A DNA stretch of 64,000 nt from Narcine bancroftii (lineage: Eukaryota), in the NCBI RefSeq assembly GCF_036971445.1, contig NC_091480.1, positions 92,504,001 to 92,568,000 of the forward strand. Direction: 5' to 3'. Below are positions 61,282 to 64,000 of this stretch, in pieces. Numbering within the stretch: the first letter of the stretch is position 1; each line of letters begins with the position of its first letter. Position numbers and translations under genes: made by a program. A model generated the notes under the pieces. That model did no database searches, had not been told where the DNA came from, and saw only the letters and a program-made list of their open reading frames with translations.

Positions 61282-61479
61282 TGCGTCATTGATTGGGAAG
61301 TGCCAAGACTGATCCAATGACTGAAAAGGCAGCAACACTTGTCCTTGTCTTTATTGGATGTGTCTTGAGTGAAAGCAGTGAATAATGATGCTCTCACATA
61401 CATTAATGGTATTGACTTATTAGCAAGTAAATGGAACAGAACAAAATGATCTATAAAGATTTAACCAAGTCCTGTTGAA

Positions 61480-62185
61480 GAAAACAAGTTGTTGATCCAG
61501 AGTGTTAAATGTTTCAACTCTAGAAAGTGCAGACCTCTTCCACTAAACCTCTTCTCATTTGGAAAATCAATCATCCCAAAGACCAGTCTGGTGAACTTTT
61601 ATTATATTTCCTCTAGGGCAAATATCTTATAGTTTTGGGGGGAAAAAAACTAAATTGCATGCCATTTTCCAGGTGTAATCTCACCAAGGCCCTATAAAAT
61701 TGTCATAAAATATCTTTACTATTGAACTCTCTTAACAAAAGGCCAATAAATTATTTGTCTTCCTGATTGCTTGCTGCACCTTACATGGCAGTTTTTTGCA
61801 ATTGTGTACAAGACATCAACATTTCCCAATGTATCGCTACACATATATATATATTTTTAAAAAGCTCAGCTTTTCTGGTTTGACATTTTTCCAACTATCA
61901 TTCCATTTGCTCTATTCTTTCCCGCCTACCTTCAATTGTAATCCCTTGAAGGATATTTACATCTTCTACTCACCATCCTATCTCTGAAACAAGCTACAGA
62001 GGAAACTGTAGGCACAAGCACAATTTATGATTGAGAAGCAGTGCGGGTTTAGAAGGATGTGGTCTTAATGGGAGACCAAATGGGAGGAGCGCAGAATGCC
62101 TGGAGGATTTGCATTGAGTGGGCCTGCCTGTTCTGCTTGCTGCAGGACTATCTAATCTTAAATCGTCAGCAAACTTGAAAATGTG
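61480..62185 (-). mobile_element. Degraded CR1 LINE fragments
   Basis: IFKFADD (62160-62190) and YRALVRLHLE motifs on minus. Confidence 0.65.
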
Positions 62186-64000
62186 GCATTTATCCAAGCA
62201 TCAAGTCTTCTGGTAACTGCATGTCAATCTGCCAATTTGTGCAGATCCCTTTATTCCACATTTTGCTTTCTCTTTGTTCATCAAACAACAAAAAGTTCCA
62301 TGTGTTGTAACCCACATGTAACCAACAGTGAAAGACAAAAAAATCATTTAAATGACATCTTGTGCGTCAAAGGAGATCACAAGTAATTAATTTAATGTAC
62401 AGTTTCAAATGCAACATTGATTTTACATAATGCAAGTTTATGTTAACGTAATCCTGTTTGATGGCAGACTATGAAAATAATTTGTTGGTGAGACTTCATA
62501 GCTACATTATCCGTATATGGCATGAGGATATTTAATATCTTACTTAACATATCGCTCAGTCCTTACTTTAACATCCCATTCAAATAACTAAATGACCAAA
62601 AGGCACCCATAACAATAGAGAAGTGGATTCTAGGAGGAAAAGTCCAGGGCGCTGGGATGGCGAGAAAAGGTTCAGCGGGCCCAAGAAGTAACAAGTCTGA
62701 ACACGGCTCAGTAACAAACAATAGTTATATAGTTACATGCGGGGAAATTCGCAGCAGGAGACACACGCACAGACAAGCAAAGACACACAACTTGTACGCA
62801 TTGGACACAACGAAGTCGTCGATACAAATCCCGAATAATCGGAACTCCCGAGCGCATATGTGAGAATTAAACAACCACTGGCAGGCACCGCACACTCATT
62901 CCAAGTTACAGCCAACAACGAGCAAGACAACGGACCTCCACCCTTTCCATCCACACACCTTGCTAGTGGTTCTCCGGCATCACGCCCGGAGTGGACACAC
63001 CCGGAGTTCATTTCCCGGGGCGAAAGAGTGGTGGTGGGGAGGCTGCTCAGATCGAAGTGACTAATTGCAACACAGCCTCACCTGTGGGGTGGATCTGTTC
63101 TTGTTTGCAGGTGAGCCGACGTCCACCAAAGAGGACAGGTGACCCTTCCTAGAACAGACCCAGACTTTAGAACACAAATGTCTGACTCGGAGGCAGGAGT
63201 ATAGCATCATCCAGAATATAAAATTAAAACAAAATATTGACACGATAATGACAAGAACGTAAACCGGCATCAAATGACTTCAATTTGGAGGCAGTATTGA
63301 AGCAAATTAAGCAGAAATGTTGCAAGTATATCTGCCTTGCATAATTAGTACCTGGCAGAAAAGTAGCCACATTTTTTGGTATTATCCTTGACCTAACCTT
63401 ACCCTTATTTTACTGGACAGAACTCATTTTGAGAGCGAGTTCCAAATGGATAATAATCAATGGACTGCGCTAATGCATCCTGTCAGATTTATCTTTACTC
63501 CTTTCAATGGAATGGAAAATCAAATCAAATATAAACCTATCCGTTCCCTTCTGACCAACTTTTCACCAGTATGATGGCCATGGTTGGCAATAGGTTCTGT
63601 TTTCAGTTAAGATTTGCACTATTTCCTGTACTCGAGGCTTTTGTAAAACTTGATGCAGATCTTCTGGACTTATTAATGACTCTTCTATTAAAAAATAATC
63701 CTCAGAATGTAAAAATAAAATTAAATAACAGTTCTATGTTACTTTCTCTCACATTTTACAAATTGGGTGCTAATGCTAAATTGTCCTTGGGGATAAAAAC
63801 TTTGGCAGGAATAAAAATTCTTTCATTTTTAGACTGAATAAGGGTGGAGTAAAGGTCAAATACAATTTTATCTACAACATTGTACATTTTGCTTTGACCG
63901 AATGTGGTTCACTGGAACATCTATGATGTTTGGATGGTTTTTAAAGATATCAAAATAAATGGGAGTGCTCCCAAACGTGCTGCAATTTTTTTTTATATAT

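Overview
Eukaryotic, AT-rich, repeat-dense vertebrate DNA. The repeat repertoire (CR1, Rex1/Babar-like, L1/Tx1 and RTE LINEs, tRNA-headed V-SINEs, Penelope-like elements, small solo LTRs, hAT and other MITEs) points to a cartilaginous fish, probably a ray (inference). I could not identify a host protein-coding gene, rRNA/tRNA gene or CRISPR array; the window looks intronic or intergenic, and nearly all listed ORFs are TE fragments or chance ORFs. The only long open frames are 5'-truncated ORFs of a young RTE family (3 copies). The most notable structures are: a twin-primed L1 with a 13-bp TSD; an older L1 whose middle is inverted exactly between hAT MITE ends; an RTE copy with a perfect fold-back palindrome at its 5' junction; a solo LTR whose first 42 bp are tandemly amplified; Penelope-derived palindromic repeats with a degenerate hammerhead-ribozyme core; an unexplained ~112-bp inverted repeat pair 1.1 kb apart; a 96-nt hairpin; and a probable non-autonomous retroposon family with YY1-like motifs. 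Family names come from motif recognition, not database searches. Coordinates of degraded repeats are approximate.
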